Shown: in pieces, positions 20,192-29,792 of the stretch
Layout: every line of letters begins with the position of its first letter
How positions within the stretch are numbered: position 1 is the stretch's first letter
Source of the DNA: an uncultured Chloroflexia bacterium
GTDB taxonomy: Bacteria > Chloroflexota > Limnocylindria > Limnocylindrales > CSP1-4
NCBI GenBank assembly: GCA_963768655.1
Contig: CAVYIM010000009.1
Coordinates: 160,001-224,000 of the forward strand
Reading direction: 5' to 3'
Length of the DNA: 64,000 nt
Notes under the pieces: generated by a model
What the model saw: only the letters and a program-made list of their open reading frames with translations
Database searches by the model: none
Told to the model about the DNA's origin: nothing
Program-made: the position numbers and the translations under genes

Positions 20192-21193
20192 ATGAACTCT
20201 CTCCCTCCGGACGCGTCCAGCGCGCCTCAACCAGCGGACTCCGAGCCCGACAAATCCGCGGCAGTGCCGCGTTGGGCCGTGCCGGCCGTGCCGCCTCCCT
20301 GGAGCGGCACGGATCAGGCCGCCCCCGGCGACCAGCAGCCGACAGGTCAGCAGCCCGCCCAGGTCTCGGTCGACATGGCATCGGCACAGGTCGACGTGGC
20401 ACCGGCACAGTCGGATCAGGCTGCCGCGCCGGCCGGCTTGCCCGGGTGGGGTCAGCCCGCATGGGGTCAGCCCGGGGCCGCTCCCCAGCAGTTCGGCCAG
20501 CCCGCATGGGGTCAGCCCGGGGCCGCTCCCCAGCAGTTCGGCCAGCCCGCATGGGGTCAGCCCGGGGCCGCTCCCCAGCAGTTCGGCCAGCCAGGCTATG
20601 GCCCTCCGCCCTGGGCTCAAGCCGGCGTCGCTCCTGCAGTCGCCAGCAAACCTCAGAGCGATCGACGAAAGTGGATGCCCACCTTCGTCGTCGCGGCCAT
20701 CATCGCCGGAGTGGTACTGGGCGGCATCGGTCTCGACGATGTCATCGCCGCGCCGAGCGCCGGAACGGTCAACGTCGGTGGCTCAGTGACGATAGTCGCT
20801 GCGCCCGGTTGGGTTCGCGTCGACACCGGGGACAGCGGCGGTGCCGTCGAGCTTCAGAAGGCGGACGTGGAACTCACGGTGGCGGCAGAGCTCTACTCCG
20901 GCACTGCCACCGAGGCCCTCCAGGACGCGGAGCAGTCGCTCTCGTCGGATGAGGCCCAGATCTCGTTCGGCGACGAGCAGGACGGAACCATGTCCGGGCA
21001 CGAAACGGCGATGGTCGGCTTCGAGGCGATCGTGTCGGGCTCATCGGGATCGGGCACAGTCGATGGCGAGCTGATCTGCCTGTTGGACGCGGGCAATGTC
21101 GTCGAGTTCGTGGCGGCGACTTCTCAAGGCGATCTCGCAGATGATGTGGATGACCTCAAGGCCATGATCTCGAGCATTGAGGTGGGTCAATGA
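20192..21193 (+). CDS. Single-pass membrane protein with a Pro/Gln-rich repeated N-terminus
   Basis: GQPAWGQPGAAPQQF repeats, a TM segment and an acidic extracellular domain. ATGA overlap with the prsW-like gene. Confidence 0.7.
   Translation: MNSLPPDASSAPQPADSEPDKSAAVPRWAVPAVPPPWSGTDQAAPGDQQPTGQQPAQVSVDMASAQVDVAPAQSDQAAAPAGLPGWGQPAWGQPGAAPQQFGQPAWGQPGAAPQQFGQPAWGQPGAAPQQFGQPGYGPPPWAQAGVAPAVASKPQSDRRKWMPTFVVAAIIAGVVLGGIGLDDVIAAPSAGTVNVGGSVTIVAAPGWVRVDTGDSGGAVELQKADVELTVAAELYSGTATEALQDAEQSLSSDEAQISFGDEQDGTMSGHETAMVGFEAIVSGSSGSGTVDGELICLLDAGNVVEFVAATSQGDLADDVDDLKAMISSIEVGQ
20450..20592 (+). repeat. In-frame 45-bp tandem repeat, 3 copies plus a partial copy
   Basis: GG(T/C)CAGCCCGCATGGGGTCAGCCCGGGGCCGCTCCCCAGCAGTTC repeated. 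Confidence 0.9.
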
Positions 21194-23008
21194 GCGCCTC
21201 CGTCGCCCCGACTTCTCCGGGCCAGGCCGCTCCACGCTGGGGCGTCCAGGCCTCGCTGATCCAGCCTCGCCAGCCGGCCTTCTGGCTGTTCCTCGTGCTG
21301 CTGGGCATCGGCGGCTATCTCTTCGTCGACGAGCAATCGACGTTCAGCCAGCTGCCAACTGCCCTGACCCTTTCCTGGGGTCTGGTTCTGCTGTACGCCC
21401 TCCCCGTCTTCCTGATCGTCTATCGGCTCGATCTCTTCGAACGTGAGCCCAAGCTGATGCTCGCGGCCGCGCTCGTATGGGGCGGCGTCATCGCCGTGAG
21501 CCTGGCCGGCTACGCCAACGACGCCTGGCTCTCAGTCCTGGGCAAGGTCGCCGGCGCGAACTTCACCGCTGACTGGGGCGCGGCGGTCATCGCCCCCGTG
21601 ACAGAAGAGATACTCAAGCTGACCGGCGTGGTCGTCCTGTTCCTGATCGCCCCAGCCGAGTTCGACGGCGTCATGGACGGGTTCGTCTACGGCGCCATGG
21701 TCGGTCTGGGCTTCACCGTGGTCGAGGACGTCTCGTACTTCATCAGCGCGACGGCGGCGTTCCAGGGCGCCGATCAGACCGGGCCGGTCATCGACACTTT
21801 CCTCATCCGGGTCGTCGCCGGCGGTCTCTACAGCCACGTGCTCTTCGCCGGCCTGACTGGCATGGGCTTTGCATACTTCGTGACGCGGCGCCAGGCCGGG
21901 TTGCCCAAGCGCCTGTTCGTCTTTGGCGCGCTCCTCGTGGCCGGCGCCGGCGCGCACTTCGTCTGGGACTCGCCGTGGATGATGTCCGTTCTGAACGTTG
22001 CCCCCGGAGTCGACAAGCCGAGCACGCTCCAATGGATCGAATACGGCGTGATCAAGGGCTCGCCCTTCCTCCTCTTGCTGCTGCTGATGGTCATGTTTGC
22101 CACCAGGAGCGAGGAGAAGAACTTCCGGGCGATCATCGCCGGCGAGCCCGACCCTGAGGTCATCACCGAGGCGGAGACTGCATCCCTGGGCAGCCTGTGG
22201 TCCAGGCGCAAGGCCCGCTCGGCGGCGGGACGTCAACGCGGACGACTGGGATCGCGGCTGACCGGGCGGCTGCAGGCGGCCCAGGTCGAATACGCGATGA
22301 TCAGGAGTCGATCCGACACCCTGGCCGATCCGGCGCTCGAGGCCCAGCGACTCAAGATTCGGGCGATTCGAGCGCAACTCGCCGCCGTTCCGTTCGTGAC
22401 CGTTGCCGCCACACCCGGGGCTGTCGCGGCCGCAGCACCCTATGCCGCCCCGATGAGTGCCACCTATGCGGCCCCGATGTCCGCGCCCGCGGCACTTCTC
22501 TCCGCTGCGCCCGCGGCGGCAGCATCCTACCCGGCGCCGATGGGCGCGCCCGTTACGACCCCCGCCGTCGAACCCGTGCTCCCGGCGGAGTCCACGCCCG
22601 AACCAGCCACAACGCCCGAACCAGCCGCAACGCCCGAGCTGGCCGAGCTGGCCGGGCAGACCGAAATCGGCCGGGCAGACCGCCACAGCCGCGCCGGCTG
22701 CGACGGCCGCGCCGGCTGCGACGGCCGCGCCCCAGCCCGCGGCTCAATGGCAACCGCAGCCCCAACCCGCTCCGGCGCCGATCGTGCTGGCGCCCCCTTG
22801 GCCCCCGCCTTGGGCCCCGACTCACCTCGTGCCGCCGGGTGGCATGGCAGCGTGGAACGCCCCCGACCCATCACGCCCGCCCATGCTGATGCTGCCGGAA
22901 CGCCTCGAGCTGGTCGTGGACTCGCGCGCGGGGGCCTGGGCGTTCGTCCGCGCCGTCAACGGCTGGCGTGGTTGGGTGGATGGCCGCCGGCTGATCGACC
23001 GCGCCTGA
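21190..23008 (+). CDS. prsW: PrsW-family intramembrane protease with linker and C-terminal SH3-like domain (one apparent frameshift)
   Basis: EEILK, GLGFTVVED, H motifs (YSHVLF, AHFVWD). Removing one A in GAAATC 22663-22668 continues into ..WAFVRAVNGWRGWVDGRRL, stop 23008. Confidence 0.78.
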
Positions 23009-23102
23009 GGCTCATTTGCGGCCCGGAGCGAGTCGGACCGAAGCCCGCTCGCGCCGCTCCGCCGGGCTCCGCACGGCCGCAGCGGCGTGTCGGGGCCGAT
23101 CC

Positions 23103-24350
23103 TCAGGGTCTGGCGACCAGTGGCGAGGGCTCCGCCAACCCGGCGATGACGCGCCGCGTCTCCCGCGCGATCATGCGCTCCTCGTTCGTCGGGATGAGCA
23201 ACACCCGCACGCGACTGGAATCGGTAGCGAGGTCGACCGCCCGCCCCCGCTCGTTCGCGTTCTTCGTCGCGTCCAGCTCCACGCCGAGAAACCCGAGATC
23301 GCGGCACGCGCGTTCCCGCACGACGGGGCTGTTCTCGCCGATGCCGGCAGTGAATACGATCGCGTCGAGGCCGCCCATGGCCGCGGCGTAGGCGCCGACG
23401 TACTTGCGGATGCGATAGCAGAAGACCTCCAGCGCCAGCACCGCCCTCGCGTGGCCCCTGGCGGCGGCCTCCTCGATGTCGCGCATGTCGCTCGACAGCC
23501 CGGACATCCCCTGCAGACCGCTTTCCTTGTTGATGATCCGGTCGATGTCCGAGACCGAGGCGTCTAGCCGGCGGGCGAGGTACACGAGGATGGCCGGATC
23601 GAGGTCGCCCGAGCGCGTGCCCATGACGAGGCCCTCGGCCGGGGTCAGCCCCATGCTCGTGTCGACGACGCGGCCGCCCTGGATGGCGGCCATGCTGCAG
23701 CCGTTGCCGAGGTGGCATGTGACGATCCGAGATGCCTCCCGCGAGACCCCGTTCTTGGCGAGCATGTCGAGGGCGATGCCGGTCACGTACTGGTGGGACG
23801 TGCCGTGGAACCCGTATCGCCGCACGCCGAAGGCCGTGTAGTAGTCATAGGGGAGCGCGTACATGTATGCGTAGTCGGGGATCGTGGCGTGAAATGCGGT
23901 GTCGAACACGGCCACTTGTGGAATGCCCGGCAAGAGCTTCAGGCAGGCACGAATGCCGTCGAGATTGGGTGGGTTGTGGAGTGGCGCGAGCTGGCTCACC
24001 TTCTCGATTTCCTCGACGACGTCGTCGGTGATGAGCGTCGGCAGGACGAACTTCTCGCCCCCGTGGACGACCCGATGCCCAACCGCGACGATCTCGTCGA
24101 CCCGCTCCACGACGCCCCTCTCAGGGTCGGTGAGCAGCGCGAACACGCGGCGCATCGCCTCGTCGTGACAGTCCATCTCGGCGTCGAACGCGACCTTCCC
24201 ATCGCGCTTCGTCTCCTGGATGATCCGGCCCTGTCGCTGGGCGACACCGACGCACTCGGCAATCCCCTTCGCGACGACCTCCTCAGTCTCTGCGTCGATG
24301 AGCTGGTACTTGAGCGACGAGCTACCGCTGTTTAGGACGAGGATCTTCAT
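23103..24350 (-). CDS. ackA: Acetate kinase
   Basis: LVLNSGSSSLKY, GHRVVHGG, APLHN, RYGFHGTSH, HLGNG, TAGIGEN and TNEE. Confidence 0.97.
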   Translation of the reverse strand: MKILVLNSGSSSLKYQLIDAETEEVVAKGIAECVGVAQRQGRIIQETKRDGKVAFDAEMDCHDEAMRRVFALLTDPERGVVERVDEIVAVGHRVVHGGEKFVLPTLITDDVVEEIEKVSQLAPLHNPPNLDGIRACLKLLPGIPQVAVFDTAFHATIPDYAYMYALPYDYYTAFGVRRYGFHGTSHQYVTGIALDMLAKNGVSREASRIVTCHLGNGCSMAAIQGGRVVDTSMGLTPAEGLVMGTRSGDLDPAILVYLARRLDASVSDIDRIINKESGLQGMSGLSSDMRDIEEAAARGHARAVLALEVFCYRIRKYVGAYAAAMGGLDAIVFTAGIGENSPVVRERACRDLGFLGVELDATKNANERGRAVDLATDSSRVRVLLIPTNEERMIARETRRVIAGLAEPSPLVARP

Positions 24351-24446
24351 TCGGTGTTCTACCGCCTGTCCTGCTGCTGACCTTCACCCGGTCCAGTCCG
24401 CGTCTGCGCGAGCCGCCTCCGGGGCCGGATCGCTTCCACGGGGTCG

Positions 24447-25451
24447 CTAGTTGTTCGTGGCCTGGGCGGCCGTGATGGCGGCCACGTTCACGATGTCGAC
24501 CGCGTCGCACCCCCGCGAGAGGTCGTTCACCGGGCTGCACAGGCCCTGGAGGACGGGGCCGAACGCCTTGGCCCTGGCGAGCCGCTCCGTGAGCTTGTAG
24601 GCGATGTTCCCGGAGTTGAGGTCCGGGAAGATGAGCACGTTCGCCTTCCCGGCTACGGGGCTGCAGGGTGCCTTCTTCTTGCCGATCCAATCGACGAGGG
24701 CGGCGTCGGCCTGAAGCTCGCCGTCGAGAGCGATATCCGGGCGTCGTTCCTTCGCGATCCGGGTCGCCTCGACGACTTTGTCGACGATCGGGTCCCTGGC
24801 ACTGCCCTTGGTCGATAGCGAGAGCATCGCGACGCGCGGCTCGAACCCGAGGAGGGTCCGCATGGTGTCCGCGCTCTGGATCGCGATCTCCGCGAGCTGC
24901 TCGGCGTTGGGGTTGATCACCAGGCCGCAGTCGGCGTAGATGAACGCGCCCTCCTCGCCGTACTCGCAGTCCGGAACGATCATGACGAAGAAGGCCGAGA
25001 CCAGCCCGCAGTTGGGTGCCGTGCCGAGGACCTGGAGGGCCGGCCGGATGGTGTCGGCCGTGGAGTGTGTCGCCCCCGAGACCTGCCCATCGGCCTCGCC
25101 CTCGTGGACCATGAGGCAGCCGAAGAACAGCGGGTCGAGGACGAGCTGAGCCGCCTTCTCTTCCGTCATCCCCTTGTGCCGGCGGAGATCGAGGAGCGTG
25201 TCGGCGAACCGGTCTCGTTCTGGCGCGACGGCGGGGTCGACGATCCGGCACCGGCTGATGTCCGCCCCGGCCTCCTTGGCGGCGGCTTCGATCTTCCAGA
25301 GCGGGCTCACGAGGACGACCTCGGCCAGGCCCTCCCGGACGATTCGCTCGGCCGCGGTCACTGTCCGAACGTCGTCGGCCTCCGGCAGCACGACGGTCTT
25401 GTGCCCCGCGCGTGCGCGCGCGTAAACGGTTTCCATGACGTTGGACGTCAT
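24447..25451 (-). CDS. pta: Phosphate acetyltransferase
   Basis: VLPE..DVR, DGELQADAA, NVLIFPDLNSGNIAYK and GPVLQG..PVNDLSRG. Confidence 0.95.
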   Translation of the reverse strand: MTSNVMETVYARARAGHKTVVLPEADDVRTVTAAERIVREGLAEVVLVSPLWKIEAAAKEAGADISRCRIVDPAVAPERDRFADTLLDLRRHKGMTEEKAAQLVLDPLFFGCLMVHEGEADGQVSGATHSTADTIRPALQVLGTAPNCGLVSAFFVMIVPDCEYGEEGAFIYADCGLVINPNAEQLAEIAIQSADTMRTLLGFEPRVAMLSLSTKGSARDPIVDKVVEATRIAKERRPDIALDGELQADAALVDWIGKKKAPCSPVAGKANVLIFPDLNSGNIAYKLTERLARAKAFGPVLQGLCSPVNDLSRGCDAVDIVNVAAITAAQATNN

Positions 25452-25725
25452 CTTCAAGACCACTCCTGGTGCAGTTGTGTCGTTCGCGCGTAAAGGCGCG
25501 GGAGTCGGGCGCCGCGGACGCCGCCGACATGGGGTGAGGCGCCGCGAGAGCCCGCAGCGGTATTAGTCGGAGCTTCCTCGATTGGGCTCCACGGCGAGTA
25601 GAGCCAATGGGCGCGCGATGCGGGCCGGAAGTCCCGTGCCTGTTGGACGGGCAGGGGGCCGAAAGACCGGATCCTCGACCACGCGGCTCCGTCTTGTGGC
25701 GCCCGGGGCCTCTGAAAGGCGGCGC

Positions 25726-26424
25726 TCAGGACCGCGGCGAGGCCGACGGCAGGCCGGCGAGGTACGGCAGGATCTGATCGGGCCTGAGGACCGAGGCCCA
25801 CGGCGCCCTGTTCACCTCGTGGGGAGCGGTCACGACCGCGGCGTAGACGTCCACCACGAGGTCTCGATCATCAGGGTCCAGGCAGGGGCCGTCCTGCGCC
25901 GAGCCGGTGCGCGTCTTCCGGCCGGGATGCTCGAGCGGCATCCACTCACCGTCGACGTCAACTTCCCAGCGATCGCCGAAACGGCCCACCGAGCCGCCGC
26001 CCGCGGCCGGCCGGCAGACGACGGCACCGAAGCGGCCCACAGCCACCGGCGGCACCACATAGCCGTCGGGAAGGGCGAGCGGGGCGAAAGCCGCGTCATA
26101 CCCCAATCCGCCGGCCACTCGCCGCAGGACGCTGGAGCGGGGCTCCAGGGCGATCCGGAACGCGTCCAGCAATCGCGCGATCCCTGCGGTGGCCAGGCTG
26201 AGAGGAATCGTGGCGACCATCGCCACGGCGAGGACGAAGATGGCGCCGCCGCTCGACGCGATTCGGCCCGAGAGGACGAGCCGGCTGACAATCGGCGTGG
26301 CCAGGGCCACATACGCGAGAGTGGCGGCGATCGAGAGCCAGCCGGCGCCGAGGACGGTCAGTTCTATCGGATTGGCGCGGCGGGCGATCGAGTCGGACGG
26401 GGCCTGAAGGGCGATCTGAGCCAT
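25726..26424 (-). CDS. Hypothetical membrane protein with NERD-like C-terminal region
   Basis: Two TM helices, then LPDG..VAVGRFGAVV..W..GEW.PLEHP..VYAAVV. The start is inferred. Confidence 0.55.
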   Translation of the reverse strand: MAQIALQAPSDSIARRANPIELTVLGAGWLSIAATLAYVALATPIVSRLVLSGRIASSGGAIFVLAVAMVATIPLSLATAGIARLLDAFRIALEPRSSVLRRVAGGLGYDAAFAPLALPDGYVVPPVAVGRFGAVVCRPAAGGGSVGRFGDRWEVDVDGEWMPLEHPGRKTRTGSAQDGPCLDPDDRDLVVDVYAAVVTAPHEVNRAPWASVLRPDQILPYLAGLPSASPRS

Positions 26425-26765
26425 GCTGGGATCCTGCGCCGGCCGGGCCGGACAAGCACTACGTCCCATGACCAGTTGCCCGATGTCACCGCGTCCGACG
26501 CCTGGTGCACGGGCGCACCCCCCGATGTAACAGGTCCCTGTTGGGCCCATCGGAGCCTTGAACGAAGCACAGGATTGGTCGGGTGCGGTCGGGTGCGGTC
26601 TGGTGAGCCGTTCCGGTACTTGTCCGTAAGGCGGCACGACAGGTCCGCCGGCATCATCCCCGGACACGGTCCTGGGTGCCATGACGCCCGTACCATTGCT
26701 CGCTTCCCCCAGCCGTCCCATTGTCCGGGGCAAGACGGGCCGGCCTGTCCGCGGAGGTAAGAGAG

Positions 26766-28868
26766 TTGTCGAAAAAGCGCGACTTGCGGCTCCACGCCAG
26801 CTGGCTTCTGGCGTCGCCGCTCGCGCTGATCCTGCTCGTTCTGGCGGTTAGCAGCGCCGCCGCGCACCACTCGCCGGGCCACCTGTCCGATCCGTCCGTT
26901 TCCCCGCGCGAGGTCGCCGCAGGCGGGACGGTCGTCCTGGCAGTGACCTTCACCGACGACACCGGCGCCGCGCCGAGAGCGGTGACGGTGTCGGTGGATG
27001 GCGCGGCCTCATCGATGACCGCCGATGCCGACTCGTTCAAGACGGGCGTGCGCTACGAAACCAGGGTTGCGCCGGCCGCCGGTCGGCATGCCATCGTCTT
27101 CAGCGTGACCGACGCAACTGGCGACCGGGAATTCCTTGCGGCGGGTTATGTCCAGGTCAAGGGCAGCGACGGCCCGGGACCCAGCGCCGACCCCACGGCC
27201 GCTCCGACCCGGTCGCCCAGGCCCGAACCGACCGCCAGGTGCACACCCGCTGTCACGCCGGCTGGCGGTGGCCGAGGGACGGGCGGCACCGACAAGAGCG
27301 ACACTGGCGATGGCCCCGGCGGCGCAACGCCGGCCCCGGCCGTGACTCCGGCCGCAGACGCCACGCCGGTCCCAGGCAGCACGCCGGCCCCGGACGCAGC
27401 TTCCCCCGATCCCACCAACGCAGGCCAGACTGAATGGCCCGGTACCGGAACCACCAGCGGGTCGGGTGTCGGCAAGCCGGCCGGCCCGGAGGGGCCGATC
27501 TCGACGGCGGATCCCAGCCCCGGTGACGGCCGGACGATGGGCCCGGCCACCGGGTTGACCGACGAGAACAACGTCGCCGGCGGAGACGTCGAGGAGTCGC
27601 AGGGCGCGATCCTCCCGGTCGATGGCCAGTCGCGCATCGATCTGCTGGCCCGGTACCACGCCTCGCTGCCGACGATGCTGGTCGAGATGGTCCCGACCAT
27701 CGTCACCGCGACCACCGGCGGGCTGGCCTGGGCCGCATTTGTGATCTTCGGCAAGCGTCGTCGGGACGGAGAGAATTCCGAGCCCGATCCGCTTCTGGCC
27801 ACAGCTGCGGCCACCGGTGTCGAGACGGGCGCCGCGCAGGGCCTGCGAGCCGTCGACGAGTCGCAGCTGCCGCGCTGGCGGCGACCCTCACTGCAGCAGG
27901 TCCGCAGGACCGACCCGCTTCGAGTCGTCGCCGACGCGCCGACCATGTCCTTCGCCAAGGCTGGCGTCCGGCCGCTGGAGAGCTACGAGCGCCGCCAGAT
28001 CCGCTATCGCCTGGTTCGGCTGCTGAACTGCCCCGACGAGGTCCGCGCCTCCGAGATCGGCGTCCTCGATCGCGGCGACGAAGTCCAGCTTCTGGAGCGG
28101 CATGGCGTCTACTGGCGAGTTCTGTGCCCGGACGGACGAACCGGCTGGGTCCACCGGATGACCCTTGCGGCTCCGGCTTCGGAATCCGCGTCTGAAGCGG
28201 TCGAGCCGGAGATTCGCCTGGCGCTCGAGCCCCCTTGCGAGCCGGTTGAGACGCCGGTCGCGCCAGCAGCCGCGGCGCCGGCGGAGAACGTCGACGGCCT
28301 CCTGGAGGCATACATGCGAGCCCGGAGCGACGTCTTGCACTCGGCCGGGGAGGTCGAGGCGGTCGGGTTCGAGGCAGGCCCGATCGTCGAAGCGCCGGTC
28401 GAGCCGGTCGAGCCGGTCGAGCCGGCCCAGCCGGCCGAGGCGACCGAGCCGGTCGAGCCGGAGACGAGCGAAATCGAGCCCGCCCCCGCGACCGCGCCCG
28501 GGCGCGCAGCTACGCCCGCGCCCGCCATGGGGCTGTCGGTCGCCGCGCTGGCTCGCGACTATCTGGAACGAGCCGGGTTCGCCGTCGTGAGTCCCGAGAC
28601 GGCAGCCCAGCCCGCGGTCGGGCCCCTTGTCGAACCGGTGATCGAGCCCGCCGTCGAGGTACCGGCCGAACCGGCGATCGAGCCGGTTGCGGGACCCGCG
28701 GTCGACGCGGCGACTACTCCCGCCGTCCCCGCGCCGTCGAGCGACGCGGCTCCTTCCGCAGAACGAGAACGTGCTGATGGGCGATATTCGGGACGTAAGA
28801 GCGCGGGTAGCCGTAAGGCCTCAACCGAGTCCCGGCCTGGTACCAGATCACGTCGCCCTTCGCGGTGA
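26766..28868 (+). CDS. Exported/membrane protein: signal peptide, low-complexity linker, TM segment, SH3-like domain, acidic Pro-rich tail
   Basis: GGAGGT SD before TTG 26766. LDRGDEVQLLER..YWRVLCPDGRTGWVH is SH3b-like. Confidence 0.65.
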   Translation: MSKKRDLRLHASWLLASPLALILLVLAVSSAAAHHSPGHLSDPSVSPREVAAGGTVVLAVTFTDDTGAAPRAVTVSVDGAASSMTADADSFKTGVRYETRVAPAAGRHAIVFSVTDATGDREFLAAGYVQVKGSDGPGPSADPTAAPTRSPRPEPTARCTPAVTPAGGGRGTGGTDKSDTGDGPGGATPAPAVTPAADATPVPGSTPAPDAASPDPTNAGQTEWPGTGTTSGSGVGKPAGPEGPISTADPSPGDGRTMGPATGLTDENNVAGGDVEESQGAILPVDGQSRIDLLARYHASLPTMLVEMVPTIVTATTGGLAWAAFVIFGKRRRDGENSEPDPLLATAAATGVETGAAQGLRAVDESQLPRWRRPSLQQVRRTDPLRVVADAPTMSFAKAGVRPLESYERRQIRYRLVRLLNCPDEVRASEIGVLDRGDEVQLLERHGVYWRVLCPDGRTGWVHRMTLAAPASESASEAVEPEIRLALEPPCEPVETPVAPAAAAPAENVDGLLEAYMRARSDVLHSAGEVEAVGFEAGPIVEAPVEPVEPVEPAQPAEATEPVEPETSEIEPAPATAPGRAATPAPAMGLSVAALARDYLERAGFAVVSPETAAQPAVGPLVEPVIEPAVEVPAEPAIEPVAGPAVDAATTPAVPAPSSDAAPSAERERADGRYSGRKSAGSRKASTESRPGTRSRRPSR

Positions 28869-29643
28869 AGCCGGCGCGCGTCGCGCGCTCGGCCAGGTCC
28901 GCTCCGGTGAAGATGTAGCGCCCGTCCTGGTAGGCATCCCGGACGATCACGGCCGCGTAACGCTCTGGGCGGAGGACGCGCGCGAGATGCGAGAAGACGC
29001 TCTCCATTCGGTCGAGGAACGTCCCATAGTCGGCGCTGTTGGCCAGGTCGCCCGGATGATCCGTGACCATCGAGTAGTCGGTCCGGCGGTTGGCGTGACT
29101 CTCGGCCAGCTTTCCGCCGACCATCGTGATCGGCAGCTGGATGTTGTAGGGCGGGTCGGTCGCGACGAAGTCGACGCTTTCGGCCTCCATCTCGGGCAGG
29201 AGGAGCATGGCGTCGCCCAGGCGCATCCGCAGCCCCGAGGGGTCGAACGTCCGCTCGCCGCCCGGGTCGTTGGGGCCGATGTCGGCCACTACTGGCCCGC
29301 GCCCGCCACGCTCCGCCGCCAGGCTGCTCAGAAGCGATTCGTAGACCGCGACCCAGCGGGCCTCGATCTCGATCCCGATCGCACGCCTGGGACCGCGTGC
29401 GATGGCCGCCCCGATCAGCGTCCCGCCGACCCCTGCGAACGGGTCCAGGACGAGCTCTCCGCTGGTGGTGAAGAACTCGATCAAACGGGCCATGAGCCGC
29501 GGCGGCTTGTTTGCACCGTGCTGTCTTCGGAGATCGTGTCCGAGCTCGGATGGATAGGCCGTTCCCCACACGGACTTGGTGAAGTACAGCCACTCCTCGC
29601 CGGAGAGCTCGTTGAGGGTGTTGTCAGGGTGCCTGGGGCTCAT
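28714..29643 (-). CDS. DNA amino-methyltransferase (N6-adenine or N4-cytosine), orphan
   Basis: [11 protein letters not shown] (SAM-binding) followed by DFVATDPPY (catalytic). TGCTAGGCT-6nt-ATG start. No endonuclease adjacent. Confidence 0.85.
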   Translation of the reverse strand: MSPRHPDNTLNELSGEEWLYFTKSVWGTAYPSELGHDLRRQHGANKPPRLMARLIEFFTTSGELVLDPFAGVGGTLIGAAIARGPRRAIGIEIEARWVAVYESLLSSLAAERGGRGPVVADIGPNDPGGERTFDPSGLRMRLGDAMLLLPEMEAESVDFVATDPPYNIQLPITMVGGKLAESHANRRTDYSMVTDHPGDLANSADYGTFLDRMESVFSHLARVLRPERYAAVIVRDAYQDGRYIFTGADLAERATRAGFTAKGDVIWYQAGTRLRPYGYPRSYVPNIAHQHVLVLRKEPRRSTARGRRE

Positions 29644-29792
29644 TCGACGAGCCTAGCAGGCGCGACCGCCCTTCTTGCGCCCGATACGGAATTGGCGCCC
29701 GTAACCGGGCGTCCAGCGGTTACCCTAGGCGGGCCGAGGGGAACGGCGAGGCTCTGCCATGGGCCGCGCCGCATTCGGGGGGTGGGAATGTC

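Noticed and set aside
21190-23391. 733-aa PrsW ORF overlapping ackA
   Set aside because: The tail after about 22665 is out-of-frame junk; the plausible C-terminus ends at 23008.
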